Shown here one piece after another: positions 27,245-34,988 of a stretch of DNA of 64,000 bases; position 1 is the first letter of the stretch; every line of letters starts with the position of its first letter. Source of the DNA: Planctomycetota bacterium. GTDB lineage: Bacteria; Planctomycetota; Planctomycetia; Pirellulales; UBA1268. The stretch lies in the NCBI GenBank assembly GCA_016872555.1, contig VGZO01000004.1:3382-67381 (forward strand). The letters are read 5' to 3'. The notes under the pieces were generated by a model. It searched no databases and had not been told where the DNA came from. It was given only the letters and a program-made list of their open reading frames with translations. The translations under genes and the position numbers were made by a program.

Positions 27245-27880
27245 ATGCACCCCCACGCCGGACAGCCGCCGCTGGTTCCCTGCCGCGCCCAGGGCCCGGG
27301 CACGGAACTGTTCATCGTCGAGGGGGAGTCGGCCGCCGGCGCCGTGGCGCGGGTCCGCGACGAGGCGTTCCAGGCGGTGCTGGCGCTGCGCGGCAAACCG
27401 CTCAACGCCCTCCGCGCCCCGCGCGGCCGCGTCGCCGGCCATGCCTTCTTCGCCGCCCTCTCCGCGGCCCTCGGCGTGCCGCTCGGCGGCGATGGCGCGG
27501 CCTCCCCGGCGCGCTACGAACGCCTCCTGTTGCTGATGGATCCCGATGCCGACGGGATCCACTGCGGCGCCCTGGTCGTCGCCTTCCTCCACCGCTGGAT
27601 GCCGTTCCTGCTCGACCGGCGTTGCGTCGAGATCGTCAGGCCGCCCTGGGGAGAAGTCGTGCCGACCGACGGCAGCGAGCCGGCGCTGGCCTGGTCCGAC
27701 GGCGAACTGAAAGCCCTGGCCGCGGCGCGGGCCGCCGGGGCTGTCGCGCGGCGCTTCCGCGGCCTGGCCGCGCTCGACGCCGCGCTGCTCGCGCGGACGT
27801 GCGTCGCTCCCGCGACGCGGCGCGCGGACGCCGTCACGCAGGCCGACGCCGCCGAGATCATCGTCCTGCTGGGCGAGTGA
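27245..27880 (+). CDS. Stand-alone GyrB/ParE C-terminal-half homologue (Toprim domain plus GyrB tail), 211 aa
   Basis: Inside ORF 26987..27880, ATG at 27245. [12 protein letters not shown] matches GyrB [24 protein letters not shown] matches [38 protein letters not shown] matches [46 protein letters not shown] matches QRYKGLGEM..ADQLFTTLMG. There is no GHKL ATPase or transducer region. Confidence 0.75.
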   Translation: [211 protein letters not shown]

Positions 27881-27916
27881 GCGGCGCCGCGACAGCCGGG
27901 CGCCGGGAGGCATGCG

Positions 27917-30079
27917 TCAGCCGGAAGGCGACGCTCCCGGCGGAGACGAACCGGCCGGCGGCAACGTGCCCACACCGGGGCGAGCCGGACCGCGCGGCGG
28001 ACCGGACGGCGCTCCGGGACCTCCCGGATACGGAGTCCCCGGGCTACCGGGGATCGTTCCCGGCGGAACTGAACCCGGCGGAGCCGAGCCCGGCGGAAGG
28101 GAACCGGGGGGCAGCGCACCCGGAGGCAAGGACCCAGGAGGCAAGGACCCCGGAGGCAGCGATCCGGGGGGCAGCGCCCCCGGCGGCGTCGCGCCCGGCG
28201 GTGTCGTCCCCGGGGGATTCTGCCCGGCGAACTGGTCGGGGGAGTTGCGCTTCTTCTTTCCCTCGCGCTTGTTCTTGCACAGGATCATCACCGTGCTCGG
28301 CCCGGACTGCTCCTGGACATCGGGCCATTCGAGCTTCGGTCGCCCGCTGGCCGGCTCGATATCCTCGACATGCTCGCGGATGAACGGCCATACGCGCTCG
28401 ATCGGGATGCCGACGTTGTAGGCGTTGCCGACATTGCTCGTGCGGACGATTGCCACGACCACGCCGATGACGGCCCCCGTGTCGTCGATCAGCGGACCGC
28501 CGCTGTTGCCGGGATTGGTCTGTGCGCCATGGAGGAAATTGCCGCCGTCGAGCTGGGGGTCGGCGGCCGACATCACGTCGCCCTGCGAGCCCTTCACTTC
28601 CATCCCCAGCGCCGTTCCGGCTGGGTAGCCAAGGGCCATGATGCGGCTTCCGCTGCGCGGCATCTTCGGCGCCAGCGGGAGTGGGTCGGCCGACAGATCT
28701 TCGCATCGCAACAGCGCGACGTCGGGGTTGTCGATCGACGCGACGAGCGTAGCCACGACTTGCCGCTCCTTGTCGGCAGGGTCGAAGACGACGAACTCGT
28801 TGCCGTCCTCGATGACGTGCTTGTTGGTGAGGATATAGCCCGGGGCGATCACGAATCCGGTGCCGCTCGAGATCCGGACGACGGTGTCCTCCTCCGGTTC
28901 GTCGAGCAGCGCGTTGCCGTCGGTCCGGTTGCGGGTGTCCCAGCGGCGACCGTTTGGAAGCAGGACGGTGAAGGCGAGGATCCCGCGGCCGTTCCCGCCG
29001 GCTTCACCCCCCGGCCCCTGCCCCGCCGCGCCCGGGCCGCCACGCCCGCCGGGACCGCCACGACCTCCCGGGCCGGGGCCACCTCCTCCCGGCGGAGCGC
29101 CAGGGATGCCTCCCGGGGGCCCGCCTGGCGACGCACCGCCGGCGAGGCCGTCACCGTCGCCGGGCGCGCCACCGGGCGCCGCCCCGCCCCCGTCACCACC
29201 GGGGCCGCCACCACCGCGGCTGAACTTGCCGGGGTCGTAGGGACTCAGCCCGAGATCGTGGATCGCCCAGCGGTACAGTTCGTTGATCTCCTGGGCGTTC
29301 TTCTCCGGGATGCGCAGCCGCATCGTGTTGGCACCGGCGCCGATCGTGACCCCGAGGTTGTCACAGACGTCCTGGAGGTCGGGCATGATGTCGAGCGCCT
29401 TCTTGAAGTGGCGGGCAGCGGCGCCATACCGCTTCAGGAAGACCTCGCTGACGGCGAGGTTGTTGTAGGCGAAGGCGTTGCCCGGCTCGCGCTTGATCAC
29501 TTCGGAGAAGTGCTCGGCGGCCTTGAGGTCGTTGTCGGCGACGAGCGAGTAGATCAGCCCCATGATGAAGTCGGCCTTGCCGCTCTCGGGATGGAGCCGG
29601 CTGGCCCGCGTCAACTCGTCCTTACACAGTTCGCGGTCGTTGAGGCGCCACAGCTCGAAGGAGTGCGTGATCAAGCGCTCGGTCTGCTGTTCGATCTCCT
29701 CGTACTCCTGCTGCGTGACCCAGCGCTTGCCGAGCCGGCGCCGCTTCTCGTCGGCATACTTCAGCCAGTCCTTCAACCGCGCTTCGGCGGCCTTCCGCTC
29801 GATCGTCGGCAGTTTCTTGTCGGCGAGGTAGATCTTGTAGACCTGCACCGCCTCGGCCGCGGTCCGGCAGGCGAGGGCGTCGGCCTCGATCGCTTTGATC
29901 TCCTCGGGCACCGGTCCCGGATCGATGCCGTGGACGCCGACCTGGGGCGTGCTCGGCTGCGACTTCTTGCCCGAGCCCGGCTTCGCTCCCGGCGACTGGG
30001 CACCGGCCGGCGCGGCCACCAGCACCAGCGCGAGAGAGGCGACGAGCACCGTGAACGTCCGAAACGCGAAGCGCGGCAT
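27917..30079 (-). CDS. Secreted TPR-repeat, trypsin-like (S1C/HtrA-type) serine protease with Gly/Pro-rich linker and C-terminal PPGxx repeats
   Basis: Inside ORF 27917..30160. ATG at 30079 (MPRFAFRTFTVLVASLALVLVAAPAGA). TPR-like helices at the N-terminus and GNSGGPLID around the catalytic Ser. The C-terminus has about 11 units of (PPGxx). Confidence 0.8.
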   Translation of the reverse strand: MPRFAFRTFTVLVASLALVLVAAPAGAQSPGAKPGSGKKSQPSTPQVGVHGIDPGPVPEEIKAIEADALACRTAAEAVQVYKIYLADKKLPTIERKAAEARLKDWLKYADEKRRRLGKRWVTQQEYEEIEQQTERLITHSFELWRLNDRELCKDELTRASRLHPESGKADFIMGLIYSLVADNDLKAAEHFSEVIKREPGNAFAYNNLAVSEVFLKRYGAAARHFKKALDIMPDLQDVCDNLGVTIGAGANTMRLRIPEKNAQEINELYRWAIHDLGLSPYDPGKFSRGGGGPGGDGGGAAPGGAPGDGDGLAGGASPGGPPGGIPGAPPGGGGPGPGGRGGPGGRGGPGAAGQGPGGEAGGNGRGILAFTVLLPNGRRWDTRNRTDGNALLDEPEEDTVVRISSGTGFVIAPGYILTNKHVIEDGNEFVVFDPADKERQVVATLVASIDNPDVALLRCEDLSADPLPLAPKMPRSGSRIMALGYPAGTALGMEVKGSQGDVMSAADPQLDGGNFLHGAQTNPGNSGGPLIDDTGAVIGVVVAIVRTSNVGNAYNVGIPIERVWPFIREHVEDIEPASGRPKLEWPDVQEQSGPSTVMILCKNKREGKKKRNSPDQFAGQNPPGTTPPGATPPGALPPGSLPPGSLPPGSLPPGALPPGSLPPGSAPPGSVPPGTIPGSPGTPYPGGPGAPSGPPRGPARPGVGTLPPAGSSPPGASPSG
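28059..28223. repeat. Eleven imperfect 15-bp tandem repeats (coding, PPGxx pentapeptide units)
   Basis: Units read cccggcggaactgaa / cccggcggagccgag / cccggcggaagggaa / ccggggggcagcgca / cccggaggcaaggac / ccaggaggcaaggac / and so on. They were read directly and lie inside the protease gene's 3' end. Confidence 0.85.
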
Positions 30080-30217
30080 GGATCTCACACTCGGCGAAGA
30101 CGGGGATACCGGGCACCGGCAGATGGGCGCCGACGCACGCTCCGGCGGCGTCGTCCCCACCCCACGAGGGCGATTCTACCACGGCCCCCTCGAAACCAGC
30201 CCGCCGTGCCCGGCGCG

Positions 30218-31573
30218 TCAGGGGAGGCGCTCGAGGTCGATCCGGGGAAACTCGGCCGGCGTCGCGGGGCGTTCGAACCGGCCGTCGAGCGCGACGCGCT
30301 CGGCGAAGAACCCGCAATTCCTCAAAAAAAAAGCCTCGCCGGCGACGCCACCGGCGTAGTCGAGCCGGTGGCCGCCGCCGGCGGTGGCATCGCCGGTGAA
30401 GCGGGCCCCCGTGACCGGATGCCAGGTCCCGGCGGTGTCGCGCACCCACTGGTTGCCGTACCGGGCCCGGCGGCCGATCCAACCTGCCGAATCATCGAAG
30501 TTCTCCAGAAACGAGTGGAACCCCGTCAGGTGCGTGTCGGTGCGCGGCCGGCGAAAGCGGGCGACCAACTGCCATTCCCCATCGGCTCCCTCCGCCGCCG
30601 GCGCGAACCATGCCGTGTAGACGGTGCTCCCCGCGCCGTCGGGGGTGACGCGGGTCAGGAACCGGTAGGTGATCCCGGCACGCCACGGATGGACGAGGAA
30701 GCTCTGGCCCCCCGAGCCCTCGCCGCCGAACGCCCCGACACGCACCCCGGGGCCGCTGGCGAGCGTCTCCACGCGGTCGGCTGCCGGGATCGCCGCGGGA
30801 TCGTCGGTGGAAAACGGACTCCACACCGAGAACAGCACGCGCCGTTCGGTCGGTGAGTTGACCTGCATTCCGAAGTAGCCCTGCGCGAACCCGTTGGCCA
30901 TGAAGAACGACCCCTGGGCATCCTCCCCCTCGGGCACCGTGACCTCGCAGTAGGCGTATTCGACGTCCACGCCCGAGGGGACGCGATACGACAGGTGGAC
31001 ACTCGGTCCCCGGCGCCCCCAGTAGTACATGCCGCCGGCGGCGTCGCGCACCGCGGAGAGCGTGAGATCGGCCGTGTCCGAGTCCACGACCAGCGTGGGC
31101 GCCGGGCCGACCGCATCGGCAGCCGCACCGGCGGGGCGGCCGAGGTCGACACGCACGTAGCCGGGACCGGCGACGTCGAAGCTCCCGAACTCCGCCCGTT
31201 CCCCCGCGACACGCGCCGTGGCGGCCCGCCCGCCGACCGTCGCCGTCAGCGTCGCCCCGGGCTTCACCCCCGCCAGCGTCAACGAAACCCGCGCGGGGCG
31301 GTCGACATGGAAGAAGACGGCGAACACCGTCGTCGGATCGCGCCAGCGCACCACGTTGCCGCCGCGCTGGAGGCCGTCGCCGGAGCCCGCCGGCGTCGCG
31401 ACGACGAACGCGTTCCCGCCGAGCGGCACGGTCCACTCGGCACCGTCGGCGCCGGCGGCGCACGCTGCGGCCAGCGCGGCCGCCAGCCCCCACCGCCACC
31501 GCTGGGGCGCGCCGGTCGGCCACCAGCGGGTGGAAAACCGTTCCTTTCGCCGTTTCGTCGCCGGGGTGTCCAT
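30218..31573 (-). CDS. DUF5077/DUF3472-type secreted protein (glycan-utilisation associated)
   Basis: Inside ORF 30218..31642, ATG at 31573 (MDTPATKRRK). GFAQGYFGMQVN, LFSVWSP, GGEGSGGQS and FLENF blocks match my recollection of DUF3472 proteins. Not searched. Confidence 0.55.
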   Translation of the reverse strand: MDTPATKRRKERFSTRWWPTGAPQRWRWGLAAALAAACAAGADGAEWTVPLGGNAFVVATPAGSGDGLQRGGNVVRWRDPTTVFAVFFHVDRPARVSLTLAGVKPGATLTATVGGRAATARVAGERAEFGSFDVAGPGYVRVDLGRPAGAAADAVGPAPTLVVDSDTADLTLSAVRDAAGGMYYWGRRGPSVHLSYRVPSGVDVEYAYCEVTVPEGEDAQGSFFMANGFAQGYFGMQVNSPTERRVLFSVWSPFSTDDPAAIPAADRVETLASGPGVRVGAFGGEGSGGQSFLVHPWRAGITYRFLTRVTPDGAGSTVYTAWFAPAAEGADGEWQLVARFRRPRTDTHLTGFHSFLENFDDSAGWIGRRARYGNQWVRDTAGTWHPVTGARFTGDATAGGGHRLDYAGGVAGEAFFLRNCGFFAERVALDGRFERPATPAEFPRIDLERLP

Positions 31574-31655
31574 GGCACGATCGTAGCCGACGGGGAAGCC
31601 GCGCGACACGGTGCCAGACGCTGCCGCCGCCCCGCCCTCCACCGGAGCTTCCGCG

Positions 31656-32612
31656 ATGCGCCTCTCGATGGTCGTCCAGCCGCCGACCGACCGGCACCTC
31701 GCCTGGGCGGCACAGGTCGGCGTCAGCGATCTGGTCGTCCCCTATCCGGGCGACGACCTCGGCGCCCTCGCCGCCACCTGCCGCCGCGCCGCGACGTTCG
31801 GCCTGAACTGTACGCACGTCGAGCGCAAGCTTCCCCACCTGGCGATCGTCCACGGGCTCCCCGAGCGCGGTCGGCAGGTCCGCGCGATCCGCGACCTCCT
31901 CGCGGCGATGGGGGACTGCGGCATGGAGGTGCTCTGTTACAATTGGATGCCCGACGAGGATTGGCAGCGGACCACCGCCACGGCTCCGGCGCGCGGCGGA
32001 GCGCTGGCGACGGCGTTCGACGTCGACGCCGTCACCGCCAACGTCACCGACGCCGACGGCCTGCCGCCGGTGCGCACGCCCGCGGAGCGGCTCTGGGAGC
32101 ACCTCGAGCGGTTCCTCGACGAGATCGTGCCGGTCGCCGAGCGCCACGGGATCCGCCTCGCCCTCCACCCCGACGACCCGCCGTTGGGCGCGCTCCGCGG
32201 CCAGGCGCGGATCATCCACTCCGTCGCCGCGCTCGAGCGGGCGGTGGCGCTGGTCCCCTCCCGGGCCAATGGCGTCTGCTACTGCGTCGGGTCGCTGTTT
32301 CCCGCCGGCGAGGACGTGGTGGCGGGGATCGGCCGGCTCGGCGACGCGATCGCCTTCGTCCATGCCCGCAACGTCCGCGGCACCGCGGAGCGCTTCACCG
32401 AGACCTGGCACGACGACGGGGCGATCGACATCCCGGCGGTGATCCGCGCCCTCGCCGCGATCGGCTATTCCGGCACGCTCCGCCCCGACCACGCCCCGAG
32501 CATGGCCGGCGAGCCGAACGACACGCCCGGCTACGAGATGCTCGGCCGGCTGTTCGCGGCGGGCTACCTCCGCGGGGTGATGCAGGCCGTCGGAGCGGGC
32601 CAGCGGCAGTGA
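31656..32612 (+). CDS. uxuA: Mannonate dehydratase
   Basis: Inside ORF 31611..32612. ATG at 31656 has GGAG about 8 nt upstream. CYNWMPDEDWQRT, LHPDDPP and LRPDH..PGYEMLGRLFAAGYLRGV match E. coli UxuA blocks CYNFMPVLDWTRT, VHPDDPP and MRPDHG..PGYSAIGRLKGLAEVRGV. Confidence 0.75.
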   Translation: MRLSMVVQPPTDRHLAWAAQVGVSDLVVPYPGDDLGALAATCRRAATFGLNCTHVERKLPHLAIVHGLPERGRQVRAIRDLLAAMGDCGMEVLCYNWMPDEDWQRTTATAPARGGALATAFDVDAVTANVTDADGLPPVRTPAERLWEHLERFLDEIVPVAERHGIRLALHPDDPPLGALRGQARIIHSVAALERAVALVPSRANGVCYCVGSLFPAGEDVVAGIGRLGDAIAFVHARNVRGTAERFTETWHDDGAIDIPAVIRALAAIGYSGTLRPDHAPSMAGEPNDTPGYEMLGRLFAAGYLRGVMQAVGAGQRQ

Positions 32613-32795
32613 TCCCCGGCCGGCCAGCGCGACTTCGACCCCGTGCGCGTCGGACTGATGACGGTCGGCATCGCCGCCCCGATGTTCATGTTCGACACGA
32701 CCGTCTCAGGAAACCACGCCACCGGCCACGACTACGGCACCGGCCTGTCGGCCGACGAGCGACACGACCTTATCGAGTACATGAAGACGCTCTGA
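32613..32795 (+). pseudogene. Orphan C-terminal fragment of a heme/cytochrome-c-type oxidoreductase gene
   Basis: A short frame open directly after the uxuA stop encodes ..FDPVRVGLMTVGIAAPMFMFDTTVSGNHATGHDYGTGLSADERHDLIEYMKTL*. It resembles the conserved C-terminal end (..GHEFG..LSxxExxALIEYLKTL) of much larger proteins. No upstream body is present. Confidence 0.35.
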
Positions 32796-32944
32796 CACGT
32801 TTCTCACGATCCCGTCATCCGCGGATTGTCGTTTGCCTCACCCCCGTCCGGCCGGCATCGACCGCCCCGCGGCCACCGCCTATCATGGGGACTCCGGCCA
32901 GCGGACAGTCCTGTCAGTCCTTCGCCATCGCTTTGGGGGTTTTC

Positions 32945-34897
32945 ATGGCGGCGTCACGAATCGGTCGGTTTCTCATCGTCTCGGCCCTGGTCGTGTCGGT
33001 GGCGGCCGCGGTCGCCCCGGCCGGGGAATCGACGGCGCTCCCCGTCGACCGGCTCGTCGGCCGCCGCGCCGGCGACTTCCGGCTGATCGACGTGAAGACC
33101 GGCTCCGAGACGTGGCTCTACGGCCTGCGGATGAACAACGGCGGCATCGGCCGGATGCTCGGCTTCAAGCCGGTGCAAGGGGCGGTGCTGGTGTTCGTGT
33201 CCCCCGGCTGCCCGCTGGGCGACAAATACCTGCCGCGCCTCGACGAGCTCGCCGCCGAATACGGCCCCAAGGGAATCCGGTTCTTCGCCGTCGCCAGCGG
33301 GGCCGGCGAGACGCGCGAGAGCCTCGCCGCTTGGGCCGCCGAACGGAAGCTTTCGATCCCGCTGCTCCACGACACGGGCAGCGTCCAGGCCGACGCCCTG
33401 ATGGTGGAGCGGTCCAACGAGGCGATCCTCGTGGATGGCCGGGCGAGCATCCGCTACCGCGGCCGGATCGACGACCAGTACGGCTACGACTTCTCGCGCG
33501 ACGCACCGCGCGAGACGCCGCTGCGCGACGCGATCGACGCCGTCCTCGCCGGCAACGCCGTCGCGGTCAAGGCGACGCCCGTCGCCGGCTGCCTGATCAC
33601 GAAGGCCGAGCCGGCGAAGTCGAAGCTCGACGGCCTCGACCGCGTCCGCCCGCCGAATTCCGACATCGCCGCCTGGCGCGACGAGCACGAACCGGCACCC
33701 GAGATCGGCCCGGTCACCTACCACCGCGACGTCGCCCCGATCGTCCAGCAGCGCTGCCAGAGCTGCCACCGTCCCGGGCAGGTCGGCGGCTTCGACCTGG
33801 TGTCGTACGACGACGCCTTCCGCCACTCGGCGATGATGGCCGAGGTGGTCGAGCAGCGCCGGATGCCTCCCTGGCACGCCGACCCGCGCCACGGCGCGTT
33901 TGCCAACGACCGCCACCTCTCCGCCCGCGACCGGGCCACGCTCCTGGCCTGGGTGAAGCAGGGCTGCCCGGAGGGCAATCCCGCCGACGCCCCGGCCCCC
34001 AAGTCGTGGCCCGAGGGGTGGACGATCGGCACGCCGGACGTGGTCTTCGAGATCCCCGAGATCACCACCGTCCCCGCCCAGGGCACGATGCCCTACGTCC
34101 ACGTCTCGGTGCCGACCAACTTTACCGAAGACACCTGGATCCAGGCCGCCGAGGCCCGTCCCGGCGATGCCGGCGTGGTCCACCACATCATCGTGTTCGT
34201 CGTCCCCCCCGGGGGAGACCGCGGCCGGGCGCTGTTCGGCGGCGGTCACCTCTGCGGCTACGCGCCGGGCGACATGCCGAGCATCTTCCCGCCGGGGACG
34301 GCGAAGAAGATCGCCGCCGGCAGCGAGCTGATCTTCCAGCTCCACTACACGCCCAACGGCAAGGCGACGACCGACCGCTCGAAGGTCGGCTTCATCCTCG
34401 CCAAGGAGCCGCCGACCCGCGAGGCGCTGACGATCGGGATCGCCAATCCCGGGTTCGTGATCCCGCCGGGGGCCCCCGAGCATCCGGTGCGTTCGCAGCA
34501 GCTGTTCCGCCAGGACGTGCGCCTGCTGTCGTTCATGCCCCACATGCATCTCCGCGGCCGCTCGTTCCGCTACACGCTGACGCCTCCAGGCGACGGCGCG
34601 GCGCCGGAGGTGCTCCTCGACGTGCCGGCGTTCGACTTCGGCTGGCAGAGCTACTACGTCCTCTCCGAGCCGCGGATCCTGCCGAAGGGGGCGCTACTCG
34701 TCTGCGACGCGACGTTCGACAATTCATCGGGGAATCCGGCCAATCCCGATCCCACGAGCGTCGTCAGTTGGGGCGAGCAGACGTGGGAAGAGATGATGAT
34801 CGGCTACATCGACATCGACGTGCCGGTGGGCACGTGGAAGTCGGACGGCCCGGGCGGCGGTGGCCAACGCCGCCGCCGCGCCGAAGGGGGCGAGTGA
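32945..34897 (+). CDS. Redoxin (thioredoxin-fold), cytochrome c, copper type II ascorbate-dependent monooxygenase-like fusion protein
   Basis: Inside ORF 30995..34897, ATG at 32945 (MAASRIGRFLIVSALVV signal). AhpC/TSA-like VLVFVSPGCPLG, CQSCH heme-c motif, then VVHHIIVF, GGGHLCGY, FMPHMHLRG and WEEMMIGY, which parallel the PHM/DBH CuH (HH, H) and CuM (HxH, M) ligands. Confidence 0.7.
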   Translation: MAASRIGRFLIVSALVVSVAAAVAPAGESTALPVDRLVGRRAGDFRLIDVKTGSETWLYGLRMNNGGIGRMLGFKPVQGAVLVFVSPGCPLGDKYLPRLDELAAEYGPKGIRFFAVASGAGETRESLAAWAAERKLSIPLLHDTGSVQADALMVERSNEAILVDGRASIRYRGRIDDQYGYDFSRDAPRETPLRDAIDAVLAGNAVAVKATPVAGCLITKAEPAKSKLDGLDRVRPPNSDIAAWRDEHEPAPEIGPVTYHRDVAPIVQQRCQSCHRPGQVGGFDLVSYDDAFRHSAMMAEVVEQRRMPPWHADPRHGAFANDRHLSARDRATLLAWVKQGCPEGNPADAPAPKSWPEGWTIGTPDVVFEIPEITTVPAQGTMPYVHVSVPTNFTEDTWIQAAEARPGDAGVVHHIIVFVVPPGGDRGRALFGGGHLCGYAPGDMPSIFPPGTAKKIAAGSELIFQLHYTPNGKATTDRSKVGFILAKEPPTREALTIGIANPGFVIPPGAPEHPVRSQQLFRQDVRLLSFMPHMHLRGRSFRYTLTPPGDGAAPEVLLDVPAFDFGWQSYYVLSEPRILPKGALLVCDATFDNSSGNPANPDPTSVVSWGEQTWEEMMIGYIDIDVPVGTWKSDGPGGGGQRRRRAEGGE

Positions 34898-34988
34898 CGT
34901 CGCGCGGCGGAACGAACGTTACACCAACACGCCGCACCGCTCGTCCCCCCAATCGCCAACGGCCCCTGCAAACGGCTGTTCCCTGCCG

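Noticed and set aside
28059-28223. Regular 15-bp repeats as a possible CRISPR array
   Set aside because: The units are contiguous with no spacers, far shorter than CRISPR repeats, and lie in frame inside the protease gene, encoding PPGxx.
30995-32944. 5' extension of the redoxin/monooxygenase ORF (1300 aa as listed)
   Set aside because: The extension runs antisense through the DUF3472 gene and out of frame across uxuA. A signal peptide begins only at ATG 32945.
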